IMG/VR virus record: IMGVR_UViG_3300031746_000009 | Source: an uncultured virus (IMG/VR IMGVR_UViG_3300031746_000009) | Lineage: Duplodnaviria > Heunggongvirae > Uroviricota > Caudoviricetes | Strand: one strand, 5' to 3' | DNA length: 20,000 nt | Part shown: positions 8,542 to 14,892 of the stretch, piece after piece | How positions within the stretch are numbered: the stretch's first letter is position 1 | Layout: each line of letters begins with the position of its first letter | Notes under the pieces: model-generated | What the model saw: only the letters and a program-made list of their open reading frames with translations | What the model was told of the DNA's origin: nothing | Databases searched by the model: none | Position numbers and translations under genes: made by a program

Positions 8542-8667
8542 CTAATAACAGTAGTCTTTGCCACCATGAAGCACCACAAACAACTCTGTAAACCTCCAAT
8601 AGTCCTTATCTGTTCGTATGAATCTGAAAAGCAGAGATAGAACCAAACACTTCCAACACACCACCAA
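8542..8667 (-). CDS. Possible small protein (41 aa, CxxC)
   Basis: TTG/GTG start, MVVCWKCLVLSLLFRFIRTDKDYWRFTELFVVLHGGKDYCY; start codon uncertain. Confidence 0.3.
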   Translation of the reverse strand: MVVCWKCLVLSLLFRFIRTDKDYWRFTELFVVLHGGKDYCY

Positions 8668-8751
8668 TCACCACAAGTTCAACAAGTCCCAAATCACCCC
8701 TAACACAAACACCCTTACGGGCAGCATTCAACTTTTTGTGTGTACTATTTG

Positions 8752-8795
8752 CATGGTTGTATGCTTGTGTTATGCTACTATATGCTTGTACTATG
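8752..8795. repeat. Phased TATG(C/T) repeats
   Basis: TATG at 8760, 8771, 8781 and 8792 (10-11 bp spacing). Confidence 0.55.
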
Positions 8796-8960
8796 TTAAG
8801 TATTAAGACATTAGAGTACACGTGCAACAACACAAAGACCATATGATACAGGTACGGCATGCGAGAGTACCCATGATCCTACTCAATCAGTGTTCACACC
8901 TAGCAGAGACACACCATACTCTATTACCTGCTTCCAATAGCCACGTGGTAGAGGCGGAGC

Positions 8961-9053
8961 GTATGTTTTGAGTATGGTTTGGGTATGTTTTGGGTATGCT
9001 GTGGTATGCTTGGGTTATGTTTTGGTATGTTTGAAGCATACTGGGTATGTATG
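8961..9053. repeat. Degenerate tandem 10-11 bp repeat with GTATG core (consensus about GGGTATGTTTT)
   Basis: GTATG at 8961, 8972, 8983, 8994, 9004, (GTTATG 9014), 9025, 9045 and 9049. Confidence 0.8.
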
Positions 9054-9371
9054 GTGTGTTGTTACTTACCTGTTAGTCATATCTTATGAGAGTATAGGCT
9101 TGGGATTGTGTTGTTGATTAAGTTTATTGTGTCTTTGTTAGTCGGGTCGTTTCCGGAATCGTTTTGGATTGCTCATTTTGTGTCCTCGTAGTTTCTTGTT
9201 TGATGGTTAAAGTGTAATTGTGAATGTGTTTGTCCATGCGTGGATTCACGTTTTGTGGGGGTCGCTTTTTGTTATGTTGTTTTGATGGATGATTTTTTAC
9301 GGTGCCTGATTTGGGCGTGTATTCACATATGTTGTTATGGTGTGTGTTTAACTGACTGTGTTCACATATTC

Positions 9372-9416
9372 CGATATGTTTATAAGTAGTTATGTGGGTG
9401 TGTGTAGTTAAGGTGA
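9372..9416 (+). promoter_or_regulatory. Archaeal-type promoter (TATA box TTTATAAG) and AGGTGA RBS of the early operon
   Basis: TTTATAAG at 9379-9386, AGGTGA at 9411-9416, ATG at 9423. Confidence 0.6.
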
Positions 9417-9422
9417 AATGGA

Positions 9423-9623
9423 ATGGTTAAGACAATAAGAATCAAAGAAGCAAACAGAATCGTACCTAACTATGAAGACTATCCAAACATAAGCGTTACT
9501 GGTAGCTTGCGGGGAATGCACGACAGGTTTGGCATGGTTCTGAAATACTATGTGCGGATCGGAGGCTTCTACTACTATCTAAGGGGTTATCCAAATATTG
9601 AGCAAATACTAGAGCAGATTTAG
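9423..9623 (+). CDS. Hypothetical protein (PNISVTGS..GM motif)
   Basis: 66 aa, strong RBS, first gene of the operon. Confidence 0.75.
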   Translation: MVKTIRIKEANRIVPNYEDYPNISVTGSLRGMHDRFGMVLKYYVRIGGFYYYLRGYPNIEQILEQI

Positions 9624-9645
9624 AGGCTGTTAAGGAAGTGTGTAT

Positions 9646-9771
9646 ATGAAGTGTCCGAAATGCAACTCGCTATATGTAGAGTTTCTCGACCTCGTACATT
9701 TTCCGAATGATAGGAAATGTAAGTTTTGTGGGTTTGTTTGGGAAGAGGCTGTTAGGGTGGTGAAAACATGA
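9646..9771 (+). CDS. Small Zn-ribbon protein (41 aa)
   Basis: MKCPKCNSLYVEFLDLVHFPNDRKCKFCGFVWEEAVRVVKT; ATGA overlap with the next gene. Confidence 0.75.
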   Translation: MKCPKCNSLYVEFLDLVHFPNDRKCKFCGFVWEEAVRVVKT

Positions 9772-10016
9772 GAAAAGGATCAAAATTCAGGTTGACATCT
9801 GACGCCGAAGAAAACTATAAGGATATTTTGAAAGAGCTGTTCGGTGACAAGTGGAGTGAACGTGTGTTCAGAGTTACGCATGTCGCACATAGTGTTGAGG
9901 AACACAGAGGATATGATGAAGGTGTAGCGCCACAAGGACTTTATGATTTTGAGGATGTAAAGTCTGGCAAAGAGATGTCTGTGTCGGTTTATGATTGGGA
10001 AATTGAAGAGGTTTAG
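9768..10016 (+). CDS. Hypothetical protein
   Basis: 82 aa, GGTGGTGA RBS. Confidence 0.75.
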   Translation: MRKGSKFRLTSDAEENYKDILKELFGDKWSERVFRVTHVAHSVEEHRGYDEGVAPQGLYDFEDVKSGKEMSVSVYDWEIEEV

Positions 10017-10089
10017 AGCGCCCCTGATGATGCTGTGCAACTCAGCGAAACACCACGATTTTTTATGGTGTCGGGTGAAGTGTGAACCT
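10009..10089 (+). ncRNA. Type I hammerhead ribozyme 1 (predicted cleavage after GUC, C10072)
   Basis: Stem I CGCCC(10019-23)/GGGUG(10073-77); core CUGAUGA (10024-30) plus an extra U; stem II GCUG-UGCAACU-CAGC; GAAA (10047-50); stem III CACCA-loop-UGGUG; UC; distal stem I AGGUUU/GAACCU. Confidence 0.9.
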
Positions 10090-10099
10090 AGAAGGTGAT

Positions 10100-10516
10100 A
10101 TGATGAGTACAAGATGTCGAATAGATTTCATTGTGAAGTGGATCGATGAGAATGGGAAAGAACACACCGATATAAGATGTGTTTACAGGCACAGTGATGG
10201 ATACCCAGAAGGTGTCTTGCCCGATCTCACCGAGTTCTTGAAGTGGAACAACGGACGCAACAACGATGTTGAATATACTACGGCGAACTTTATCTATTGG
10301 TCTAAGCGAAACATGGAGAAATACCTCAAGGAAGGCGAGGATTGGAATAGCCCAAACAGTTACGCTAGATTTGGTTTCGGTGTTTGTGATAAAGATTGCT
10401 GGCATGGTGATCTTGAATACTACTATGAAGTTTTCCCTGAAATTGGTGAGGTTAAGGTTTACAAAATGCCAGACAAAACCCCTCTCAAGACGGAAACTTT
10501 GATAATTACCGTTTAA
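10100..10516 (+). CDS. Conserved viral hypothetical protein with MSTR...YxHxDGYP...HGDxEYxY motifs
   Basis: AAGGTGA RBS at 10092-98 favours ATG 10100/10103 over the track's GTG 10082; protein (M)MSTRCRIDF...VYRHSDGYPEG...HGDLEYYYEV. Confidence 0.85.
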   Translation: MMSTRCRIDFIVKWIDENGKEHTDIRCVYRHSDGYPEGVLPDLTEFLKWNNGRNNDVEYTTANFIYWSKRNMEKYLKEGEDWNSPNSYARFGFGVCDKDCWHGDLEYYYEVFPEIGEVKVYKMPDKTPLKTETLIITV

Positions 10517-10585
10517 ACCCTTGAAAAGTCTCTGAGATGGGACGAAACTTAGAGTTTTTTTCTAAGTCGGGTGATGTTGAAATGG
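10509..10585 (+). ncRNA. Type I hammerhead ribozyme 2, U3-A8 core variant (predicted cleavage after GUC, C10568)
   Basis: Stem I ACCC(10517-20)/GGGU(10569-72); core UUGAAAA (10521-27); stem II GUCUC-UGAGAU-GGGAC; GAAA (10544-47); stem III CUUAGA-GUUUUUU-UCUAAG; UC; distal stem I CCGUUU/AAAUGG. Confidence 0.85.
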
Positions 10586-10824
10586 AAAAAGCTAGATGTG
10601 TAGATATGTCCACGTTGCCACGTGTGAAAGAGCAAGAGAACGGAAATGTGTATATGTGGTTTCAAAGTGAAGATATGAGCCACATCATAAGCTTGGGTGA
10701 AGGCGAGATAAGGGTTAAGACACCAACAGACAGATATGTTATCCCTGTTCGCTGCTATCCTAAACTTTCTGAAGCTGAAGTTCGCAGAGCCATAAGAAAC
10801 ACGATTTACGCAAGGCCGAGGTAG
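10582..10824 (+). CDS. Hypothetical protein (80 aa)
   Basis: Start reassigned to ATG 10582 (MEKARCVDM...) with GGTGA RBS at 10570-74; the track's ATG 10537 lies inside ribozyme 2. Confidence 0.7.
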   Translation: MEKARCVDMSTLPRVKEQENGNVYMWFQSEDMSHIISLGEGEIRVKTPTDRYVIPVRCYPKLSEAEVRRAIRNTIYARPR

Positions 10825-10831
10825 ATGTGGA

Positions 10832-10954
10832 ATGGATAGGAAGCAGGTTGAAGACATGTTAAAGGTGGACGAAACCTTTGACTGTTGGCGTGAAGCATAC
10901 CGGAAAGTTTACGGCAAATATCCTAAGGTGAAGCTGGTGGAGGTGGAAACATGA
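10832..10954 (+). CDS. Small hypothetical protein (40 aa)
   Basis: MDRKQVEDMLKVDETFDCWREAYRKVYGKYPKVKLVEVET; GAGGT RBS; ATGA-coupled to the next gene. Confidence 0.6.
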   Translation: MDRKQVEDMLKVDETFDCWREAYRKVYGKYPKVKLVEVET

Positions 10955-11100
10955 CAGACTATGACAATTTTGAGTTAGTGAGTGACGCGGTTAAAGACGT
11001 TGATCGAACTTTGATAAAGCTAGTAGCTATTCAGACAGAGATGGTGAAGCAGTTTGCTGAGGCTGTGCGGGTGCTGAATGAGATTCTTAAAAAATGTTGA
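10951..11100 (+). CDS. Small helical/coiled-coil protein (49 aa)
   Basis: MTDYDNFELVSDAVKDVDRTLIKLVAIQTEMVKQFAEAVRVLNEILKKC; GGAGGTG RBS. Confidence 0.65.
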   Translation: MTDYDNFELVSDAVKDVDRTLIKLVAIQTEMVKQFAEAVRVLNEILKKC

Positions 11101-11113
11101 GGGAGGTGGTTTG

Positions 11114-11257
11114 ATGCCGTTTGAAAAGCTAGATATCTACGCAATCGCTCACGACCTAATAGATAGTGGCCATGCCGAAGAGGGTTACATGCTTGTGCTA
11201 CTTCAGCAAATCCGTGACGAACTTAGGGAAATTCGGAAGCAGGGGGTGAAATCTTGA
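11114..11257 (+). CDS. Small hypothetical protein (47 aa)
   Basis: MPFEKLDIYAIAHDLIDSGHAEEGYMLVLLQQIRDELREIRKQGVKS; GGAGGTG RBS. Confidence 0.65.
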   Translation: MPFEKLDIYAIAHDLIDSGHAEEGYMLVLLQQIRDELREIRKQGVKS

Positions 11258-11388
11258 GTTCTTGGCGAAAGTGTGAAGCGTGTGGTTCAGATGAGCTAGA
11301 AAGGCTAGAGTCACATGACGGTAAAGACATATATGTTTGTTTAGACTGTGAACATACACAGACAGAGGTGAAAACAACACATGAGTGA
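11254..11388 (+). CDS. Small Zn-ribbon protein (TFIIB-ribbon-like, 44 aa)
   Basis: TTG start with GGGGTGA RBS; CEACGS...YVCLDCEH. Confidence 0.65.
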   Translation: MSSWRKCEACGSDELERLESHDGKDIYVCLDCEHTQTEVKTTHE

Positions 11389-11563
11389 TAGCAAGGTAGG
11401 TAAAGATTGGGTCGTATGGACATGTTTAGTTAGCCCAGAATCAGACGAGCTAGTCCGAGCCAAAGCTAGACATAAGGGTGACAAGTCAATTCTTACTGAT
11501 GAAGCATTGAAGCAGACCTATAAGCCTAAAGCCACGTTGCCGGATAATCCGACAACAACTTAA
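11381..11563 (+). CDS. Putative ribbon-helix-helix DNA-binding protein
   Basis: Alternating beta pattern VVWTCLVSPE, then helix, then KGDKSILTDEAL; GAGGTGA RBS. Confidence 0.55.
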   Translation: MSDSKVGKDWVVWTCLVSPESDELVRAKARHKGDKSILTDEALKQTYKPKATLPDNPTTT

Positions 11564-11580
11564 CCCTTTTTCTTTTTATC
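11564..11580 (+). terminator. Oligo-T archaeal-type terminator between convergent operons
   Basis: CCCTTTTTCTTTTTA directly after the last plus-strand gene. Confidence 0.55.
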
Positions 11581-11607
11581 GTTCTTCCGCGTCTTCTTTG
11601 GCAAAGC

Positions 11608-12015
11608 CTAAGTCACCACCGCATCCACCATCATGTCCCAACTGTAACTGCCATCCGAAGCAGTTGAAGCTACACCTATGATCAGGTTGCCCTTCAAGCT
11701 GGAGCCAGCGTTCAAGAGTGTGCCGTTCTCAATCCACGTCTGCGACCATCCAACAGGCGGATATGTGATTAGTGACAGTGTATAGTTGTCTGTGCCTGTG
11801 TTTGTGACGTTGAATTCTACGAAGTAGCTAGAGGCTTTATGCACTTTGCCCCAGTCTATTGTTGTGCCATTCTGCCATTCCATGCCATTCAGATAGAAGG
11901 TTAAGCCAGATTCTACGGTTGCCTCGTTTGGGAACTGGGATTGCTGAATGATTGCGGCTGCACCTATGCCAACGGCTAGAGCGATTACGACGAGAACTAT
12001 GGTGCTAGACTTCAT
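11608..12015 (-). CDS. Membrane-anchored/secreted beta-sandwich (Ig-like) glycoprotein
   Basis: N-terminal hydrophobic helix; beta-rich body (FNVTNTG..YTLSL, LNAGSS, DGSYSWDMMV); four N-x-T sequons. Confidence 0.7.
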   Translation of the reverse strand: MKSSTIVLVVIALAVGIGAAAIIQQSQFPNEATVESGLTFYLNGMEWQNGTTIDWGKVHKASSYFVEFNVTNTGTDNYTLSLITYPPVGWSQTWIENGTLLNAGSSLKGNLIIGVASTASDGSYSWDMMVDAVVT

Positions 12016-12113
12016 CTTCCCATCTTCCTAAGAACCTTGTTAATGCGTTTACGTTTCGACTTCTTGCCAACGTGAACGTAAGCGGTGAACATTAACATTG
12101 CTTGTTCATTCAT
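12012..12113 (-). CDS. Small basic protein (33 aa)
   Basis: MNEQAMLMFTAYVHVGKKSKRKRINKVLRKMGR; ATGA overlaps at both ends. Confidence 0.5.
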   Translation of the reverse strand: MNEQAMLMFTAYVHVGKKSKRKRINKVLRKMGR

Positions 12114-12295
12114 ATTTTTGCTGCCTTCGAAGTCATATAGATAAGCTGGCTAGTCTTCACAAGCTTCCACTTGTCGCCCCAACCCCTCTTAAAGTGAAAG
12201 TGTAAGCCGCATGTGTCGCAACGCATTATCATCCATCCTGTGCGCTCGTCTTTCTCGTAGAGTTTGAGGTCACGTTGACACTGAGAACACTTCAT
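12110..12295 (-). CDS. Zn-ribbon protein (61 aa)
   Basis: MKCSQCQRDL...MRCDTCGLHFHF; start reassigned to ATG 12295, just after the upstream stop. Confidence 0.7.
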   Translation of the reverse strand: MKCSQCQRDLKLYEKDERTGWMIMRCDTCGLHFHFKRGWGDKWKLVKTSQLIYMTSKAAKI

Positions 12296-12297
12296 GT

Positions 12298-12441
12298 TTA
12301 CCACGAGTTTGTAGCCCACTTCCACATGAAAACAAGCATGTCCCAAAGGTGATCTCTAAGCGCGTAGCCAAGAATAAAGTTGATTGCGCCCCAGAATAAG
12401 GCGTAAGCCATGATTTTTCGGATGCCTTCAACCTGAACCAT
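12298..12441 (-). CDS. Small membrane protein (47 aa)
   Basis: MVQVEGIRKIMAYALFWGAINFILGYAL...; start 1 nt after the upstream stop. Confidence 0.6.
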   Translation of the reverse strand: MVQVEGIRKIMAYALFWGAINFILGYALRDHLWDMLVFMWKWATNSW

Positions 12442-12442
12442 T

Positions 12443-12577
12443 CTAAAGTCTCTCTGTGATTTGTATTCTACGTTTCGCTTCCATACACATTTTCTGAATA
12501 CTACGAGTACACTCATCATAGGTTGGGCAGTCTTTGTGAAAGTGGCAAGGTTGTTCTAGGTGAAGCGGATTCTTCAT
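12443..12577 (-). CDS. Small Cys-rich protein (44 aa)
   Basis: MKNPLHLEQPCHFHKDCPTYDECTRSIQKMCMEAKRRIQITERL; ATGA overlap with the upstream gene. Confidence 0.55.
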   Translation of the reverse strand: MKNPLHLEQPCHFHKDCPTYDECTRSIQKMCMEAKRRIQITERL

Positions 12578-13098
12578 GCTACCACTGTTTTTACAGCTAT
12601 CTTCATCTGCGCGATCTGCGTGTTCAAGTTGCTAACGTTGTCTCTGAGCCGCACGATTTCCTTATCTGCTTGGTCTAAGAGGTTTTGATAATGGTTTGTG
12701 GGGTCATTTGCTTTTAACGCCGTATTCTCTGCTTTAACTGCGTCTAGCTGTTGCAGAAGAGAGTCATTCGTAGATTGAAGGCTAGATGCTTGTCCACTTG
12801 TCTGGATAAGGTTGTTTGTGAGTCCGCTTATCTGCATTTTTGCTTGGTCTTGTTCTGCGGTGCGTCCAGTATTCGTCACGACCTTGCCGATGATTGTGCC
12901 TGTGATCGCTGTGCCCACGGCAAATAAGGGTGTGAACGCGGGGTTAGCTTGAAGATTCTTGTACGTGGGCATAACAAGGTTTGAAATTGTTGTGAGTGTC
13001 CACGTTGCTTTCTCTTGAACGAAGGGCACGCAGGTGAATAGGAGCCATCCGCCTGCTACGGCTAACGCTAAGAGTAAGGCTAATGCGAGTTTGTTCAC
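12574..13098 (-). CDS. Membrane protein with C-terminal coiled coil
   Basis: N-terminal TM/signal helix, a second Gly-rich hydrophobic segment, then a long Gln/Asn/Leu heptad region. Confidence 0.75.
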   Translation of the reverse strand: MNKLALALLLALAVAGGWLLFTCVPFVQEKATWTLTTISNLVMPTYKNLQANPAFTPLFAVGTAITGTIIGKVVTNTGRTAEQDQAKMQISGLTNNLIQTSGQASSLQSTNDSLLQQLDAVKAENTALKANDPTNHYQNLLDQADKEIVRLRDNVSNLNTQIAQMKIAVKTVVA

Positions 13099-13457
13099 AT
13101 GTTCACTTCCAAAGGCTTTAACGGGACACTGGGAAACTTGTCTGAACTGTCAACGAAATGTTGTAAGATGCCTTCCGAATATAGTCGAAACACGTCGTCA
13201 TAATGGTATAGTATTGTGTGGTTTCTTCGGACTCTGCGTCCATTATCATCGTAGTCTGTTGTCAAATGTGAGTAGGCTACGACTTGTTCACGTTCAAACT
13301 TGTTGATGTGTAATCCGTCGGCTGACTCGTTCTTTCCAAGCAGAAAAAGGAAGGAGAGGCTTTTCTCGCTTAACATATGGTCAACGTCGCCAGTTTGCTT
13401 TATTCTTGTGCCTTCACCGTTAAACCAGCCGTAGAGGAACTGGCCTGTTTCGGTCAT
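13095..13457 (-). CDS. GAP1-N-like (GTPase-associated protein 1 N-terminal domain-like) protein
   Basis: QFLYGW..G.G and DDNGR....NHT motifs; ATGA-coupled to the GTPase gene. ORF is solid, family assignment is by eye. Confidence 0.55.
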   Translation of the reverse strand: MTETGQFLYGWFNGEGTRIKQTGDVDHMLSEKSLSFLFLLGKNESADGLHINKFEREQVVAYSHLTTDYDDNGRRVRRNHTILYHYDDVFRLYSEGILQHFVDSSDKFPSVPLKPLEVNM

Positions 13458-14464
13458 GTGGCAAACTCCAAAATCGCGTCTATAAGGTCAGCGTAAGATT
13501 GTTCTGAACAGGCTGGTTTGCGCCAGTCACAGATTTCTTCGCTTTCTTTTGCTCGTATGATTTCGTGTTTTCCATCCCATGTTTTTGGAACATTATTGTC
13601 GCCACGTTCCACTTCCACAAAGGTTGGAAAATACCTTATTTTGGTTTGTGGATGGTCCACTTGATAGCTTTTGATTGCTTGACTCACTGAAGGATAAAAC
13701 GTGTCCATGAACAATGTGAGGTCGTTCTGGTTTGGGTCCATGATGTTGATGCCGCGATGTTCAATATGATATTTCAACTCGTCCCATTTGGTGATGACTA
13801 TAAAGATTGCTTTCAACTGTTTCTTGATTGAGTCTCGGTAATCGAAAATGTCGTTGAGCAATCGGACAAGGTTAACGTCTGGGTCACGGTGAAGGTTCTT
13901 ATCTGATTCTGTTTTGACTTGCGCGTTTTCTGTGCCTCTTCCTATCACAGCTCGGCTCGCATCAGCCACAGCTATGATGCCTTCGCTCTGCTTCAAATAT
14001 TTGTTGACGCTGTTCACAGCCGCGTAAGCTGCAGCGCCTAATGGTCCTACGGCTTTAGCGTATTGGCGAATGTTCATCTGCAACGTTTCGCCTGCCACGT
14101 CACAGACGGGAACTTGAATCTTTTTGAAGCCGCCAAACGGCATACTTGATTTGCGTGCTAACAGTAACCCTGCTTCAACGGCGTGAGAGTCGAATACTTC
14201 TGTTTTTTCTGGAAAATAGCCTGAACGAATATTGCTTATGTCGCCGTAGATGTTGCTGTTACGTTCTAAGATTCTACAGTAGAAGTCTGGCCGTGCGCTG
14301 CTCAAAGTTTGCGTTGTTAACCCTACAAGACCAACGATAGTGCTTTTTCCGCATCCGCTTGGGCCTATCAGGCTGAACCGTGTGTTACACTCATAGAGTT
14401 TGCTGGATAAGTAAGGTTGCTGATCCTGCACTGGTTTGCTGGAAAGAATAGAGGGAAGTCTCAT
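13454..14464 (-). CDS. TRAFAC-class P-loop GTPase (double-GTPase/ternary-system-like)
   Basis: G1 GPSGCGKST, probable G2 FPEKT, G3 DVAGE, G4 ITKWD; GGAG RBS. Confidence 0.85.
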   Translation of the reverse strand: MRLPSILSSKPVQDQQPYLSSKLYECNTRFSLIGPSGCGKSTIVGLVGLTTQTLSSARPDFYCRILERNSNIYGDISNIRSGYFPEKTEVFDSHAVEAGLLLARKSSMPFGGFKKIQVPVCDVAGETLQMNIRQYAKAVGPLGAAAYAAVNSVNKYLKQSEGIIAVADASRAVIGRGTENAQVKTESDKNLHRDPDVNLVRLLNDIFDYRDSIKKQLKAIFIVITKWDELKYHIEHRGINIMDPNQNDLTLFMDTFYPSVSQAIKSYQVDHPQTKIRYFPTFVEVERGDNNVPKTWDGKHEIIRAKESEEICDWRKPACSEQSYADLIDAILEFAT

Positions 14465-14476
14465 GGTTTAAGTCTC

Positions 14477-14878
14477 CTAACTGGCTGGGGCTTCTTCTTT
14501 CTTTTCAGTCACAGTCTTTAATGGAACTGGAGATACGTCTTGCTGTAGAGTTACTGGAGTCTGTTGTCCTAGGCCGACTCTGTTTCTTGCAGCTTGCATG
14601 ACTGGTTTATCCCAAAGATAGTGTTTCAAAACGATCAAGAAAATGCTGAATGATAGGCCGATGCCAATAATGATGACTGTTGCAGTTGCTAGTCCAGTCG
14701 TGCCCCACATGAGCATTCCTGTGAGTCCTCGGGTTATGCCGTTCACGATTGCTACGCCAGCCACTTCAACACCATAATAATAGAGTGTTGCACTGAATGC
14801 TGGTGAATAGAGACAAGCAATAGCGAGAACTAGCGAGACGAACAACGATATTATGATGAACCATACGAGTTTTCTCAT
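14477..14878 (-). CDS. Multi-pass membrane protein
   Basis: 2-3 hydrophobic helices and a polar C-terminal tail; GGAGGTG RBS. Confidence 0.75.
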   Translation of the reverse strand: MRKLVWFIIISLFVSLVLAIACLYSPAFSATLYYYGVEVAGVAIVNGITRGLTGMLMWGTTGLATATVIIIGIGLSFSIFLIVLKHYLWDKPVMQAARNRVGLGQQTPVTLQQDVSPVPLKTVTEKKEEAPAS

Positions 14879-14892
14879 TTTTACACCTCCAA

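Noticed and set aside
8172..8860. Track ORFs 8172-8456 (+), 8345-8545 (+), 8618-8806 (+) and 8606-8860 (-)
   Set aside because: Low-complexity translations without RBS; better explained by a chain of small coupled minus-strand ORFs and the repeat region
8961..9053. Possible CRISPR or mini-array
   Set aside because: Units are only 10-11 bp and degenerate, with no unique spacers
10537..10581. N-terminal extension MGRNLEFFSKSGDVE of the 10537 ORF
   Set aside because: Lies within hammerhead 2 upstream of the cleavage site; ATG 10582 has a proper GGTGA RBS
11496..11520. CTGATGA in the RHH gene
   Set aside because: No stem II, GAAA or stem III; ordinary coding sequence
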